Below are positions 63,329 to 64,000 of a stretch of 64,000 nt of DNA, in pieces. Numbering within the stretch: the stretch's first letter is position 1; every line of letters begins with the position of its first letter. Source of the stretch: Lepidodermella squamata (Eukaryota; Animalia; Gastrotricha); contig JBLDXI010000036.1 in assembly GCA_047495785.1 (NCBI GenBank), positions 868,001 through 932,000 on the forward strand, given 5' to 3'. A program made the translations under genes and the position numbers. Under the pieces are notes generated by a model that searched no databases, was not told the DNA's origin, and worked only from the letters and a program-made list of their open reading frames with translations.

Positions 63329-64000
63329 TCACAGCAATTCAGGAATCGCAAAAGCAGCACAATAGATTTCTAGAACTCGCTGGTTTTCGAAGGAAACATA
63401 AGCAGTTGAGAAAACATTGAGGCAAGCGATGCTTCCCATCAACGGCTCGACCGGAGTAGCCCAGGATCTATGAACAAAAAACGCATTCTCGTCAATAAAC
63501 ACTTCTGATTATTAGTAAATGGTACAAACCCTGCCAAGTTGAATGAAGCGGATGTGGTGAACGGAGAGGCAGGCGGAAAATCCGCGGGTCCAGTTCTTAA
63601 ATTACAAGTAATGTACACTGTTCCTGCATCGGCGTCGTAACCTATCTTAAGATGGTGCCATGCGTTTTCAGCGGTTCCGTCACATTTAACTGATATATCA
63701 GCCGACCCATCGCCATACGGCCTCAGCGTAAACGTTTGACCGACGTCGGCTGTAAGTCTGAAACCAGGCATCGATCCATCAGGAGCAAATTCGAGGATTG
63801 TGCCTTTCTGCGAAGCCGAAGCAGCGAACAAAAACATCGTGGAATTAGCGTTCAGCTTGAACTTCTCAGCAGTCGCAGTTATGGGATTGGTTGAGTTGTA
63901 GTAAAAGGCCGTGTTAGGCCTGCCGAACGGCCCAGACACTTGTTTAAGAGCGGTATTTGTGAAATCAGCTCTAGGATCGATGCGGTCGTTCAGATCAGAA
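63329..64000 (-). CDS. 3' part of a further LamG-family copy (continues beyond the window)
   Basis: SDLNDRIDPRADF, GPFGRPNTAFYYNST, EFAPDG; last exon SWATPVEPLMGSIACL...AIPELL*. Confidence 0.85.

Noticed and set aside
1-64000. tRNA, rRNA or other structured ncRNA genes
   Set aside because: None recognised by eye; a covariance-model scan (tRNAscan-SE/Infernal) would be needed to exclude them.

Overview
Eukaryotic (invertebrate animal-like) genomic DNA with spliced genes, AT-rich introns and dense transposon debris; the species cannot be determined from this window. From left to right it holds: (1) the right part of a Zator/TP36-like DNA transposon, with an apparently intact 4-exon DDE transposase and a divergent unknown gene, apparently inserted into a LamG-family gene; (2) three highly diverged Cys-loop (pentameric ligand-gated ion channel, pLGIC) genes; (3) a compact cluster of three unrelated Golgi glycan enzymes (C1GALT1-like GT31, CHST-type sulfotransferase, SUR1/OCH1-like GT32); (4) a NEK-like kinase fused to a homogenised ankyrin array with hypervariable positions, interrupted by a hAT element; (5) two convergent GABA-B-like class C GPCRs; (6) a tandem family of secreted proteins with Cys-rich modules plus two LamG/ConA-like domains; (7) small secreted Cys-rich proteins, LINE fragments and MITEs. 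The standout is the gene at 16698-20322. Two ORFs listed separately join through a phase-compatible GT-AG intron into a ~924-aa protein: signal peptide + two LamG/pentraxin-like lectin-fold domains + a complete Cys-loop channel. Its LamG domains resemble those of the neighbouring secreted family. All gene models were built by eye from splice signals and reading-frame phase; no database searches were run.
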